Positions 39,723 through 49,985 are shown, counted from the first letter of the stretch. The stretch is 64,000 bases of DNA from Octopus sinensis (GCF_006345805.1 NW_021831993.1:35607-99606), one strand, 5' to 3'. Notes: a model not told the origin generated them from the letters alone. A program made the numbers and translations.

Positions 39723-41901
39723 ATATATATGTGTGAATATATTATGTATACATGTGTATATAGAGAGAGAGTTAAATTTTAATTTTAATTTTTTGACTTT
39801 GTACAGAGTCTTATGAGCTGTCCACAAGGCTTTGGCTTTGGCGACACGAAACCTTTGATGACTCTAAGTCCAAAATTTAAATTTTTGTTGTAATAATTAC
39901 TACTCTGTTCTTAAGAGTGTGTTTCTTTTCTGATGTATGTTTTATCGACTGTCTATGATGATATTGGCCCAACTCATCTACATGAATGGTGACAGCCATT
40001 TCTTGTATATTTTCAATTATAATCTAAGTGAAAAACTTCCAATATTCATAATACAATTTTGGCAGCTTTTTTCAACCCAGTCAACAAAAGGTTTTTCTGA
40101 TAGTATAGAACAAGGACAGTAAACCATAATGAGGATCATTTCTATTTTCTTTCTTTATTGCAGAATATCATTTTGGTAAATTCCAAGAATATCAACATCA
40201 AACAACTAACAACAAAAACATCAACCAACCGTTACTATTTCTGTGTCTTGAGGATAAACCACAAAGTAAACATCTTTGATCTGGCTTGAATTTTGAATTG
40301 AGTAGTTTTTCACTGCTTCATACATAGTTCTGGGTAGGTTTTCAATGGGGTACTTCAATTTTCCAGCTCCTAATATAGGAAATGCAAGGCTTTTTGCTCC
40401 CAATTCCTCAGCTTCTTCCAGACAAATGGTTATTATTTGAGTCAAGTTTACCAGAATCTAAAAAAAAAATAATTGTTTAGAAATTGATAATGAACATTTT
40501 ATTACAGGAAGGAATCGTTAAGTTGTATTAATATATTCTTTGATTAACAGATTCACACAGAATTTGTTGTTCTAAACAGAAATGTTTTACACATTTGAAT
40601 AACATTAATCAACTTCTAGTGATTATTGGATTAACAGATCATGTGGTCATTGGATTAACACAGATCATGTGACAGAAGGATCAACACAGATCATGTGATA
40701 GCAGGAAGTCTGGTCTGAGTGAAGATATGGATGCCATGAATGGAAAGAGAAATGTTCCAAGATTTGGTGGTTGCACAGTGTAATTCAGGTGGAATTTTGT
40801 AATTAACAAAAAAAAAAAAAAAACAATAATATGGAAGAGGGGAGATTAATTATTATTTACAAGAGGGAAATCTGGGAGAGAACATACTGCAAGAAGCAAC
40901 AAAACCACCCACAAGGCAGGGTGCCACAGGCACAAAAGACTCTACACTGCACACAAGAGACTATGGTTGAGTCGAAATGTTCAGGGAATATCTAGAATAG
41001 AGTCTACATCAATTCAAACAACCAGAATCCATGCTTTGGAAACTACAGAATACCACAACACCAGACTGTCACACTGTAGCCCAAACTGTACATCACTGGA
41101 CATCAAAGTACGTGCTACTGTCTTGAAGCAGACAGAGGTGTTATGACTGGAAAAACAGATCTATGGATTGTGCATAGTTTTATGGACAATTCCATTCATG
41201 CCACAGGGATGCTGGATCAATGATTACCTAGGGTTGTACAACAACTCTTTCAATAAAACAATATCATATGATTGATACTTACTGAATGAGAAAAGTTTCA
41301 TCCCAGGGAGGTAATACCAGATGAAATACATTCTCACATTTGAGGTTATATCCTTTAGTGACGGCTATTTCATATATAAATACCTTGAGGATATTTCCTG
41401 TTACATTCCCTTTGTATCTGTGGACCAGCAGCATTGAGAATTAATTTGGAAATAGCACCACTGTCAAGCTGGAGATGTTCGTTGGTGCTGTTAACGATGA
41501 CATCAACCTAGAAAAGTAATTAATGGTAAACAGCTAAGGAACATTCCATGGAGAGAAGAGAGATACATTGTTGCAGTTGATATTGTTGTTAAGAAAGGCT
41601 CTACAGAATGGCTGTAGTAAGTTTGAGGTTGTTAAAGTTAGCAAAAGATATACTCAGGATATCAGATGTGAAGGAAATAAAATGTTTGAGTTTGATTGAG
41701 AAAATGTTTTAATTAACTGTAATGATTCCTCATTTGGAAATGAAATAACAATTAAATATAAATAAGTTACATGAATCTATTTACTCACAGATACATTAGA
41801 AATTGAATCAATCATTAGGTTTATTTCTATGCCATAATATTCTCTGGATGTCATGGAGGATAATTTCTGTAGTAAACCAAGAAAGTATCGTGGTCGGGTT
41901 T
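10245..41901 (-). CDS. PARP14-like: Spliced macrodomain + PARP catalytic domain gene (mono-ADP-ribosyltransferase, PARP14/PARP15-like); overall span of the confidently joined exons
   Basis: Hand-assembled exons with AG/GT boundaries and compatible phases give macro motifs (VDVIVNSTN..SGAISKLIL, VTKGYNLKC.NVFH, AFPILGAG..KYP) followed by ART motifs (IERIQN, LWHGT, GFNRSYCGRN, FGEGVYFA, QAYPKYLITF*). Confidence 0.9.
10975..11745 (+). mobile_element. Degenerate RTE RT fragment
   Basis: GVHQGSVLSPLLFIIVLQAITEQFKTG in ORF 10946-11290; downstream FCYLG and later motifs are frameshifted. Confidence 0.85.
12163..12358 (+). mobile_element. Penelope-type terminal repeat with minimal hammerhead-like motif (copy 1)
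   Basis: Highly similar to 14703-14882; tcttt-CTGTCGA-a-gagc gtag gctc-aaaa-C-GTA-aaaga at 12221-12258. Confidence 0.55.
12362..12766 (+). mobile_element. Non-autonomous Helitron-like element
   Basis: A|TCTCTCTCTATATAA 5' end; GC-rich subterminal gagcaacgccgggc; CTAG|T 3' end; no TSD. Confidence 0.7.
13608..13785 (-). CDS. Macro-PARP exon (IERIQN...LWHGT...GFNRSYCGRN)
   Basis: tttccttttctacag|ATT GAG AGA ... AGA AAT G|gtaagt. 178 nt, phase 0 to 1, carries the catalytic His motif WHGT. Confidence 0.95.
14173..14306 (-). CDS. Macro-PARP exon (LVPVTWSLMGDK...SYRIIK)
   Basis: ctctag|AA TTG GTC CCT GTT ACA TGG ... ATC AAA|gtttgt. 134 nt, phase 1 to 0, has the P..W motif that precedes ART domains. 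Confidence 0.85.
14703..14882 (+). mobile_element. Penelope-type terminal repeat with minimal hammerhead-like motif (copy 2)
   Basis: cttt-CTGTAGA-a-gagc gtag gctt-GAAA-C-GTA-aaag at 14755-14790. Confidence 0.55.
15285..16520 (+). mobile_element. Decayed RTE 3' end and UTR
   Basis: gcaaatgtattgagagaaaagttgggc... and ggaaaaccctggaagacatgggatgaag homologous to the RTE C-terminus; UTR motifs to about 16520. Confidence 0.6.
16584..17407 (+). repeat. 26-bp minisatellite (ggtaccatgtataaagcacctctact), about 32 copies
   Basis: Direct reading; a variant block (catcccatttataaagcaccagtgttagt) recurs at about 16765, 17025 and 17180. Confidence 0.95.
17640..18715. mobile_element. Two convergent RTE fragments (+ 17640-18010; - 18012-18715)
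   Basis: RRLRWYGHV/GRPKKAWDE on plus; reverse-strand WPCSMCKKC and FVDLEEAF-like remnants. Confidence 0.75.
18968..21922 (-). mobile_element. hAT transposon relic (BED zinc finger + DDE + dimerisation domain), frameshifted
   Basis: STVWNVF..CNKC..STTSLILHLKKIH (BED); TLDEYTS; CTTDGAS; CLTHC; DCRTQWNSTFHM; SAQSERAFS. One terminus-like end (gggcctcgaaactggttttataaaaccggttt) near 21922; other end not found. Confidence 0.9.
21925..22475 (+). mobile_element. R4-clade LINE 3' fragment with REL endonuclease, (AAT)n tail
   Basis: HRQPDFVIL, IIDVTIPND, KYSELKVE, IPVVI..LG, LGTAHILRKVL*. Confidence 0.8.
22610..23640 (-). mobile_element. L1/Tx1-like LINE 3' end (CCHC knuckle + C-terminal domain)
   Basis: CPRCMQSDETILHAL motif (frameshifted); ORF 22842-23240; close paralogue at 56282-57350. 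Confidence 0.7.
23645..24150 (+). mobile_element. Dong-type 3' stub (about 23795-24005) embedded in long (AAT/GAT)n arrays
   Basis: Nearly identical to the 3' end of the 27781-31797 element; microsatellite on both sides. Confidence 0.85.
25330..25965 (+). mobile_element. R4-clade LINE N-terminal region (decayed)
   Basis: WNKHVN..KEFYY...GYRQRMYDQWRKRGLFQLTELRLCD*ARVIKKN, the same domain seen at 51800-51920. Confidence 0.6.
26099..26653 (+). mobile_element. Tc1 transposase N-terminus fused in frame to an R4/Dong RT fragment
   Basis: HTH region + GRKPKLS + AIRKPLL..W (Tc1) runs into HNKIPNFWLKYLTGTHK, matching Dong sequence at about 29430-29550. Confidence 0.8.
26888..27360 (+). repeat. Non-coding interspersed repeat (copy 1, left-truncated)
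   Basis: Highly similar to 59330-59866; both end at tctctcact followed by a trinucleotide microsatellite. Confidence 0.75.
27781..31797 (+). mobile_element. Near full-length R4/Dong-clade non-LTR retrotransposon (RT + CCHC + REL), with stops and frameshifts
   Basis: WKAPGHDK, RGIFQGDTLSPLLF, LLYMDDLKLY, YKYLG, CRICG..ETINHIISGC, HRHDRV, PDIVV, LIDVSIP; (AAT)n on both sides. Confidence 0.92.
31989..32053 (-). CDS. Candidate linker exon of macro-PARP (ASTKSEPEKSQKK...), one base short of frame
   Basis: ctttctttcatacag|CTTCAACC...AAAAAG|gtgagg. 65 nt. One extra A in the A6 run gives an open 66-nt phase 1/1 exon (KKKIRHRNVKK). Confidence 0.5.
32581..32930 (+). repeat. 56-bp tandem repeat, about 6 copies
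   Basis: tggcagttccctagggatgctttctcggttgcatggttggtctgtgtagccttggc repeated at 56-bp spacing. Confidence 0.95.
33465..33519 (-). CDS. Macro-PARP exon (KFKEYFQEILTDGSTASS), end of macrodomain helix
   Basis: ttacttctaacag|AAA TTT AAA GAA ... TCA G|gtaaat. 55 nt, phase 0 to 1, joins in frame to the 40230 exon. Confidence 0.8.
34285..39228 (+). mobile_element. Near full-length decayed RTE LINE interrupted by a 29-bp minisatellite
   Basis: EN (LCCIQEVRW, GVGILL, VAGDFNGHVG) at 35050-35625; RT remnants at 36740-38770; UTR and gatgatgac tail at about 39225. Confidence 0.9.
35629..36735 (-). repeat. 29-bp minisatellite, about 38 copies (minus strand gaaggcatgtggtttagtggttaaaatgt)
   Basis: Direct reading; the unit resembles a tRNA/SINE A-box head. 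Confidence 0.95.
40230..40457 (-). CDS. Macrodomain exon, C-terminal half (ILVNLTQIITICLEEAEELGAKSLAFPILGAGKLKYP...VYFVVYPQD)
   Basis: ttttttag|ATT CTG ... GTA ACG|gttggt. 228 nt, phase 0/0, classic SxAFPxxGxG loop. Confidence 0.92.
41283..41507 (-). CDS. Macrodomain exon, N-terminal half (VDVIVNSTNEHLQLDSGAISKLILNAAG...EIAVTKGYNLKCENVFHLVLPPWD), with apparent frameshifts
   Basis: ttacttttctag|GTT GAT GTC ... ca|gtaagt. Homology switches frame at the TATATA near 41375 and again at the donor. Confidence 0.85.
41789..41901 (-). CDS. Macro-PARP exon leading into the macrodomain (TRPRYFLGLLQKL...GIEINLMIDSISNVS)
   Basis: tttgtttattttcag|AA ACC CGA ... GTA TCT|gtgagt. 113 nt, phase 1 to 0, open, supplies the first macro beta-strand. 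Confidence 0.8.
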
Positions 41902-42049
41902 CTGAAAATAAACAAATAGCAATATATATATGTATAACAACTCTCCTTTACAGCAGTACACCTGTTTCTGTTCTATTTCTTGTTATCTCTCTCTCTCCCT
42001 CTTCCCCTATCTCTCAGGCCAGGTAACCTTGTACCTCCTCCTCAGCAAG

Positions 42050-43290
42050 GCACATGTTTCTATCTCTCCATCTCACTCTAACATTTTATCATCTGACACA
42101 AGAACCCCTCCTGCAATGCCCCCTCTCCTCTCAAAGGATTCTTGTCTTGCAAGGTACTTGGTGACCCTGTCTGTGCTGGTGCCACTTAAAAAGCATCCAC
42201 TCCACACTGTAAAGTGGTTGGTGTTTGGAAGGGCATCCAACAGTAGAAACCTTGCCAAAACTGACCTTGCCTGCGCTGGTGTCACATAAAAAGCAGTCAA
42301 TCCACTCTGTGGGGTGGTTGGTGTTGGGAAGAGCATCCAGCCATAAAAACCATGTCAAAACAGACACAAATGTTTGGTGCGGTCTTCTTTCTGGCTAGCC
42401 CTGGTCAGACCATCCAACCCATGCCAGCAGGGAAAAAAGCTGCTAAATGACAAAGGAGGTGATGGCGATGATATATATATAATATATATATTGTATATAT
42501 ATAAATATATTATCATCATCATCATCATTTAGCATCTGTTGTGCAAGGTGGCATGGGTTGGACAGTTTGACCAGATCTGGAAAGCTGCACCAGACCCCAA
42601 TCTGATCTGGCATGGTTTCTACAGCTGGATGCCCTTCCTAATGCCAACCAATCCAAGAGTGTAGTGGGTGCTTTTACGTGCCACAGCATGGGTGCCATTT
42701 GCACGACGCTGGTATCTGCCCCAACTGCCATTTTACTTGGCTTCATGGCTCTTCTTCTTAAGCACGACATAATGCCAAAGCACTCTGTCATTACTTCTGT
42801 GAGGCCCAACATTTGAAAGGTTGGCACGTGTGCCAGTTATGTGACACCAGCATCAACCATGACCATGATTTCACTTGGCTTCACAGGTCCTCTCAAGCAC
42901 AGGACATTGCCAAAGGTCTTGATCACTAGTCAATACCTCTGTGAGGCCCAAAGTTTGAAGATCATGCTTCACAACGTCGTCCCGTGTCTACCTCTACCAC
43001 AGGTTCCCTCCACAGTTAGAAACCAGCACTTATTTACACAGCTGTCCTTGTCCAAACGCATCACATGACCATACCAGTGCAGGCTTCTCTCTTGCACCAC
43101 CACATCTGATGCCTCTTACACCCAGCTTTTCTCTAAAGATGTTTACACTCTGTTGAACATGCACATGGACATTGCACAGCCAATGAAGCATACAAGCTTC
43201 ATTTCTTTCAACCCTATGCATATCCTCAGCTGTAACAGTCCATGTTTCACTGCCATGTAGCATAGCCATTCACACACAATCTGCCTTTCA
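42050..43290. mobile_element. Cluster of RTE 3' UTR copies (+ 42050-42470; - 42520-42700) and an RT C-terminal fragment (- 42870-43290)
   Basis: Shared UTR motifs; AMLHGSETWTVTAEDMHR in ORF 43030-43269. Confidence 0.75.
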
Positions 43291-43624
43291 CACACACACA
43301 TGTATACACAAAACTTAAAGAATGGTATAGATAAGATCCGGGCTACAAGCGGAATATCAGAAGTGGTAAATCTCCAAGCGAGGTGTATACTGCAGGCTAC
43401 TCATCAGGCTGAGGGTATCTTCATTAAATAAATGTTTACATTGTAAAAAGGAGGTACACGTTAACACATGGAAGACTCAGTCAGAATGAATGGAGAGCAC
43501 AGAAGGAGAGGAGAACATAAATGGGGAGAGAAAGAAGAAAAGAAAAAAAAACATGTGAAGTGAGAGGAGTGAGGAATATAAATAAGGACATTTGTCCAGT
43601 AGTATTCAATAAAGCTGCTAAGGT

Positions 43625-43980
43625 GGTATTTCATCTGTCTGTACGTTCTGAGTTCAAATTCCGCCGAGGTCGACTTTGCCTTTCATCCTTTCGGGGTCGA
43701 TTAAATAAGTACCAGTTACGCACATGGGTCGATATAATCGACTTAATCTATTTGTCTGTCCTTGTTTGTCCTCTCTGTGTTTAGCCCCTTGTGGGTAGTA
43801 AAGAAATAGGTATTTCGTCTGTTTTTACATTCTGAGTTCAAACTCCAGTGAGGTCGACTTTGCATTTCATCCTCCTGGGGTCAATAAATTAAGTACCAGT
43901 TGTGTACAGGGGTCGATCTAATTGATTGGCCCCCTTCCACAAAAAATTTGGGCCTTGTGCCTAGAGTAGAAAAGATTATT
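43625..43980 (+). mobile_element. Two tandem partial family A SINEs
   Basis: gagttcaaattccgccgaggtcgactttgcctttcatcc core occurs twice. Confidence 0.8.
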
Positions 43981-43989
43981 CAATAGGGC

Positions 43990-44463
43990 TGCTTTGGTCG
44001 AATTACAGAAGGGGAGAGGTATTAGAAAGGTAATGTGTGGGGAAGAGGGTGGGGAAATGTTTTTAGTGAAGAGGGAGACAAAAGTATGAAGAAAGCAAGA
44101 GAGAATGGAGAAGAATCATGGCGGCTACCACATGTGTCCAATTGGTGAATGTATATTGTGTGCTGGGAGCATGTTTACAGTATGAAGTAGGGGAGGTGTC
44201 TGTTGGCGGCTGTACCTGTAAGGTTATGAGCAGGAGTGGGGAGGCAGGTGAGATAATAGGAAAAAATGTTTAAATGGTATGGGAAAAATACAGAGAGAAG
44301 CAAGTAAATGGTAACATGGAATTAAAGGGAAGACATATTGCCCGTTTAATAATACGGCAGTAGTAAGGGGGGCATAAGAGGGAAAATTTATGAAGGCTGG
44401 GGGGGATGCGGAGTGTGGTTGTTGTGTTTAGAAAATGGATTTGGTGATCAAGTTTTCTCAAAT
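43990..44463 (-). mobile_element. Possible decayed Penelope-like ORF N-terminal region
   Basis: Frameshifted remnants resembling the PLE WTP...F-I...SNLS motif order; contiguous with the satellite unit. Confidence 0.3.
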
Positions 44464-47400
44464 AAGAGATGTAGATTGGTTTGTTGGGGTAGGGCATGCG
44501 AGAAGTTTCCGTGTTAAGTGTGGGTGGAGCACACAGATCTGGGGCTAGGGGATAGCAGTGAGACAGGGCCAGGAGGACAGGACTGGGGAGTGGGAGGTAA
44601 GCCTAGTGCATGAAGGAGGAGATGTGAGGAAGAGATGTAGTTTGGTTTGTTGTGGTAGGGCGTGCGAGAAGTTTTCATTTTAAGTGTGGGTGGAGCACAC
44701 AGATCTGGGGCTAGGGGATAGCAGTGAGACAGGGCCAGGAGGACAGGACTGGGGAGTGGGAGGTAAGCCTAGTGCATGAAGGAGGAGATGTGAGGAAGAG
44801 ATGTAGTTTGGTTTGTTGTGGTAGGGCATGCGAGAAGTTTTCTTGTTAGGTGTGGGTGGAGCACACAGATCAGGGGCTAGGGGATAGCAGTGAGACAGGG
44901 CCAGGAGGACAGGACTGGGGAGTGGGAGGTAAGCCTAGTGCATGAAGGAGGAGATGTGAGGAAGAGATGTAGTTTGGTTTGTTGTGGTAGGGCGTGCGAG
45001 AAGTTTTCATTTTAAGTGTGGGTGGAGCACACAGATCTGGGGCTAGGGGATAGCAGTGAGACAGGGCCAGGAGGACAGGACTAGGGAGTGGGAGGTAAGC
45101 CTAGTGCATGAAGGAGGAGATGTGAGGAAGAGATGTAGTTTGGTTTGTTGGGGTAGGGCGTTCGAGAAGTTTTCTTGTTAGGTGTGGGTGGAGCACACAG
45201 ATCTGGGGCTAGGGGATAGCAGTGAGACAGGGCCAGGAGGACAGGACTGGGGAGTGGGAGGTAAGCCTAGTGCATGAAGAGGAGATGTGAGGAAGAGATG
45301 TAGTTTGGTTTGTTGTGGTAGGGCATGCGACAAGTTTTCTTGTTAGGTGTGTGGGTGGAGCACACAGATCTGGGGCTAGGGGATAGCAGTGAGACAGGGC
45401 CAGGAGGACAGGACTTGGGAGTGGGAGGTAAGCCTAGATTATGAAGGAGGAGATGTGAGGAAGAGATGTAGTTTGGTTTGTTGTGGTAGGGCATGCAAGA
45501 AGTTTCCGTGTTAAGTGTGGGTGGAGCACACAGATCTGGGGCTAGGGGATAGCAGTGAGACAGGGCCAGGAGGACAGGACTGGGGAGTGGGAGGTAAGCC
45601 TAGATTATGAAGGAGGAGATGTGAGGAAGAGATGTAGTTTGGTTTGTTGTGGTAGGGCATGCGAGAAGTTTCCGTGTTAAGTGTGGGTGGAGAACACAGA
45701 TCTGGGGCTAGGGGATAGCAGTGAGACGGGCCAGGAGGACAGGACTGGGGAGTGGGAGGTAAGCCTAGTGTATGAAGGAGGAGATGTGAGGAAGAGATGT
45801 AGTTTGGTTTGTTGTGGTAGGGCATGCGAGAAGTTTCCGTGTTAAGTGTGGGTGGAGCACACAGATCTGGGGCTAGGGGATAGCAGTGAGACCGGGCCAG
45901 GAGGACAGGACTGGGAAGTGGGAGGTAAGCCTAGTGTATGAAGGAGGAGATGTGAGGAAGAGATGTAGTTTGGTTTGTTGTGGTAGGGCATGCGAGAAGT
46001 TTCCGTGTTAAGTGTGGGTGGAGCACACAGATCTGGGGCTAGGGGGTAGCAGTGAGACAGGGCCAGGAGGACAGGACTGGACTGGGGAGTGGAGGTAAGC
46101 CTAGAGCATGAAGGAGGAGATGTGAGGAAGAGATGTAGTTTGGTTTGTTGTTGTAGGGCATTCGAGAAGTTTTCATGTTAAGTGTGGATGGAGCACACAA
46201 ATCGGGGGCTAGGGGATAGCAGTGAGACAGGGCCAGGAGTACAGGACTGGGGAGTGGGATGTAAGCCTAGAGCATGAAGGAGGAGATGTGAGGAGAGATG
46301 TAGTTTGGTTTGTTGTGGTAGGGCATGCGAGAAGTTTCCGTGTTAAGTGTGGGTGGAGCACACAGATCTGGGGCTAGGGGATAGCAGTGAGACAGGGCCA
46401 GGAGGACAGGACTGGGGAGTGGGAGGTAAGCCTAGAGCATGAAGGAGGAGAGGTGAGGAAGAGATGTAGTTTGGTTTGTGGTGGTAGGGCATGCGAGAAG
46501 TTTTCGTGTTAAGTGTGGGTGGAGCACACAGATCTGGGGCTAGGGGATAGCAGTGAGTCAGGGCCAGGAGGACAGGACTGGGGAGTGGGAGGTAAGCCTA
46601 GAGCATGAAGGAGGAGATGTGAAGAAGAGATGTAGTTTGGTTTGTTGTGGTAGGGCATGCGAGAAGTTTCCGTGTTAAATGTGGGTGGAGCACACAGATC
46701 TGGGGCTAGGGGATAGCAGTGAGACAGGGCCAGGAGGACAGGACTGGGGAGTGGGAGGGAAGCCTAGAGCATGAAGGAGGAGATGTGAAGAAGAGATGTA
46801 GTTTGTTTGTTGTGGTAGGGCATGCGAGAAGTTTCCGTGTTAAGTGTGGGTGGAGCACACAGATCTGGGGCTAGGGGATAGCAGTGAGACAGGGCCAGGA
46901 GGACAGGACTGGGGAGTGGGAGGTAAGCCTAGTGCATGAAGGAGGAGATGTGAGGAAGAGATATAGTTTGGTTTGTTGTGGTAGGGCGTTTGAGAAGTTT
47001 CCGTGTTAAGTGTGGGTGGAGCACACAAATGAGGGGCTAGGGGATAGCAGTGAGACAGGTCCAGGAGGACAGGACTGGGGAGTGGGATGTAAGCCTAGAG
47101 CATGAAGGAGGAGATGTGAGGAAGAGATGTAGTTTGGTTTGTGGTGGTAGGGCATGCGAGAAGTTTTCGTGTTAAGTGTGGGTGGAGCACACAGACCTGG
47201 GGCTAGGGGATAGCAGTGAGTCAGGGCCAGGAGGACAGGACTGGGGAGTGGGATGTAAGCCTAGAGCATGAAGGAGGAGATGTGAGGAAGAGATGTAGTT
47301 TGGTTTGTGGTGGTAGGGCGTGCGAGAAGTTCTCTTGTTAGGTGTGGGTGGAGCACACAGATCTGGGGCTAGGGGATAGCAGTGAGACAGGGCCAGGAGG

Positions 47401-48843
47401 ACAGGACTGGGGAGTGGGAGGTAAGCCTAGTGCATGAAGGAGGAGATGTGAGGAAGAGATATAGTTTGGTTTGTTGTGGTAGGGCGTTCGAGAAGTTTCC
47501 GTGTTAGGTGTGGGTGGAGCACACAGATCTGGGACTAGGGGATAGCAGTGAGACAGGGCCAGGAGGACAGGACTTGGGAGTGGGAGGTAAGCCTAGATTA
47601 TGAAGGAGGAGATGTGAGGAAGAGATGTAGTTTGGTTTGTGTGGTAGGGCGTGCGAGAAGTTTCCGTGTTAAGTGTGGGTGGAGAACACAGATCTGGGGC
47701 TAGGGGATAGCAGTGAGACAGGGCCAGGAGGACAGGACTGGGGAGTGAGAGGTAAGCCTAGTGCATGAAGGAGGAGATGTGAGGAAGAGATATAGTTTGG
47801 TTTGTTGTGGTAGGGCGTTTGAGAAGTTTCCGTGTTAAGTGTGGGTGGAGCACACAAATGAGGGGCTAGGGGATAGCAGTGAGACAGGTCCAGGAGGACA
47901 GGACTGGGGAGTGGGATGTAAGCCTAGAGCATGAAGGAGGAGATGTGAGGAAGTGATGTAGTTTGGTTTGTTGTGGTAGGGCGTGCGAGAAGTTCTCTGT
48001 TAGGTGTGGGTGGAGCACACAGATCTGGGGCTAGGGGATAGCAGTGAGACAGGGCCAAGAGGACAGGACTGGGGAGTGGGAGGTAAGCCTAGTGCATGAA
48101 GGAGGAGATGTGAGGAAGAGATATAGTTTGGTTGTTGTGGTAGGGCGTTCGAGAAGTTTCCGTGTTAGGTGTGGGTGGAGCACACAAATCAGGGGCTAGG
48201 GGATAGCAGTGAGACAGGGCCAGGAGGACAGGACTGGGGAGTGGGATGTAAGCCTAGAGCATGAAGGAGGAGATTTGAGGAAGAGATGTAGTTTGGTTTG
48301 TTGTGGTAGGGCGTGCGAGAAGTTCTCTTGTTAGGTGTGGGTGGAGCACACAGATCTGGGGCTAGGCGATAGCAGTGAGAGAGGGCCAGGAGGACAGGAC
48401 TGGGGAGTGGGAGGTAAGCCTAGTGCATGAAGGAGGCGATGTGAGGAAGAGATATAGTTTGGTTTGTTGTGGTAGGGCGTTCGAGAAGTTTCCGTGTTAA
48501 GTGTGGGTGGAGCACACAGATCAGGGGCTCGGGGATAGCAGTGAGACAGGGCCAGGAGGACAGGACTGGGGAGTGGGAGTTAAGCCTAGTGCATGAAGGA
48601 GGAGATGTGAGGAAGAGATGTAGTTTGGTTTGTTGTGGTAGGGCGTTCGAGAAGTTTCCGTGTTAAGTGTGGGTGGAGCACACAGATCAGGGGCTCGGGG
48701 ATAGCAGTGAGACAGGGCCAGGAGGACAGGACTGGGGAGTGGGATGTAAGCCTAGTGCATGAAGGAGGAGATGTGAGGAAGAGATGTAGTTTGGTTTGTT
48801 GTGGTAGGGCGTTCGAGAAGTTTCTGTGTTAAGTGTGGGTGGG
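44464..48843 (+). repeat. 166-bp satellite array, about 26 copies, strongly G-rich plus strand
   Basis: gagaagttt recurs at 44500, 44666, 44832 and onward at 166-bp spacing. Confidence 0.97.
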
Positions 48844-48859
48844 ACACAGAGCACTTCCA

Positions 48860-49420
48860 GAATTCAGTTTTTACTGATGTGGCTGGGTCTTCTGAAGAAC
48901 TTCATATCGCCAGACATCTTGGTAAATTGTCATTTCCTCCACGAGGCCCATCTTCCTGAGATCGGTCCTCACCATTTCATCCTGCATCTTCCTCGGTCTT
49001 CCTCTTTAACAGGTACCATCCACTTTCAGTGATCTGCACATCTTTATTCCAGCTGTCCTCATTCATACACCTCACATCTCCAAACCAATGTAGTCTTCTT
49101 GCAAGCTACATTTGAGTCCTGTTATGCCCAACTTTTCTCTCAATACATTTGCACTTTGCCGTACATGAACTTATGAAAAGAAGCGGTGTCAGTCAGAAGC
49201 AAACATCTGTTTGCTGTTCTCACTGAAAATACTGAAGAAATTTTGGGCCATATATCTCCTTAATATAAGAGTACGAACCCTTGGCATCATTTCTGTCAGC
49301 TGCTTCTTGTGCCCCTTTTGCTCTATCATTCTACCATTCCTGTTTAATTTTCTTTGGAGCAGTCTTCACTTTCCCTTTCAGCTTTCTGTAAGCTTTGAGT
49401 TGGGGTTCAAGGACTGAGAA
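48860..49420 (-). mobile_element. RTE fragments (C-terminus 48860-49170; BovB-like linker 49180-49420)
   Basis: Reverse translation gives AQEAADRNDAKGSYSYIKEIYGPK-like text and RTE C-terminal motifs. Confidence 0.55.
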
Positions 49421-49599
49421 AGAAGTGTATTGCCTAAGTTTTTTTTTCTAAAAGTAGATCATGAATTTCTGCTGATCTGAGAACCAGTCACTGGACATAT
49501 GTGATTTAAATCCCACTGACAAACTTTTGTTTTGAAATCTTCCCATAGATTGTTTGGGCCAAGATTGATACTTTCTATAGCATTACTCTTTTACTCTTT

Positions 49600-49985
49600 T
49601 ACTTGTTTCAGTCATTTGACTGCGGCCATGCTGGAGCACCGCCTTTAGTCGAGCAAATCGACCCCGGGACTTATTCTTTGTAAGCCCAGTACTTATTCTA
49701 TCGGTTTCTTTTGCCAAAACGCTAAGTGACGGGAACGTAAACACACCAGCATCGGTTGTCAAGCAATGCTAGGGGAACAAACACAGACATACAAACACAC
49801 ATACACATATATATACATATATGCGACAGGCTTCTTTCAGTTTCCGTCTACCAAATCCACTCACAAGGCATTGGTCGGCCCGGGGATATAGCAGAAGACA
49901 CTTGTCCAAGATGCCATGCAGTGGGACTGAACCCGGAACCATGTGGTTGGTTAGCAAGCTACTTACCACACAGCCACTCCTGCTC
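49600..49985 (-). mobile_element. tRNA-derived SINE, family B, near complete
   Basis: ggagtggctgtgtggtaagtagcttgct...ggttccgggttcagtccc head plus body shared with 7251-7635. Confidence 0.8.

Noticed and set aside
43401-43407. CTGATGA on the minus strand
   Set aside because: No downstream GAAA or NUH in a pairable arrangement.
45267-48832. ORFs inside the 166-bp satellite
   Set aside because: The unit length is not a multiple of 3, frames close within 1-2 units, and the peptides are not protein-like.
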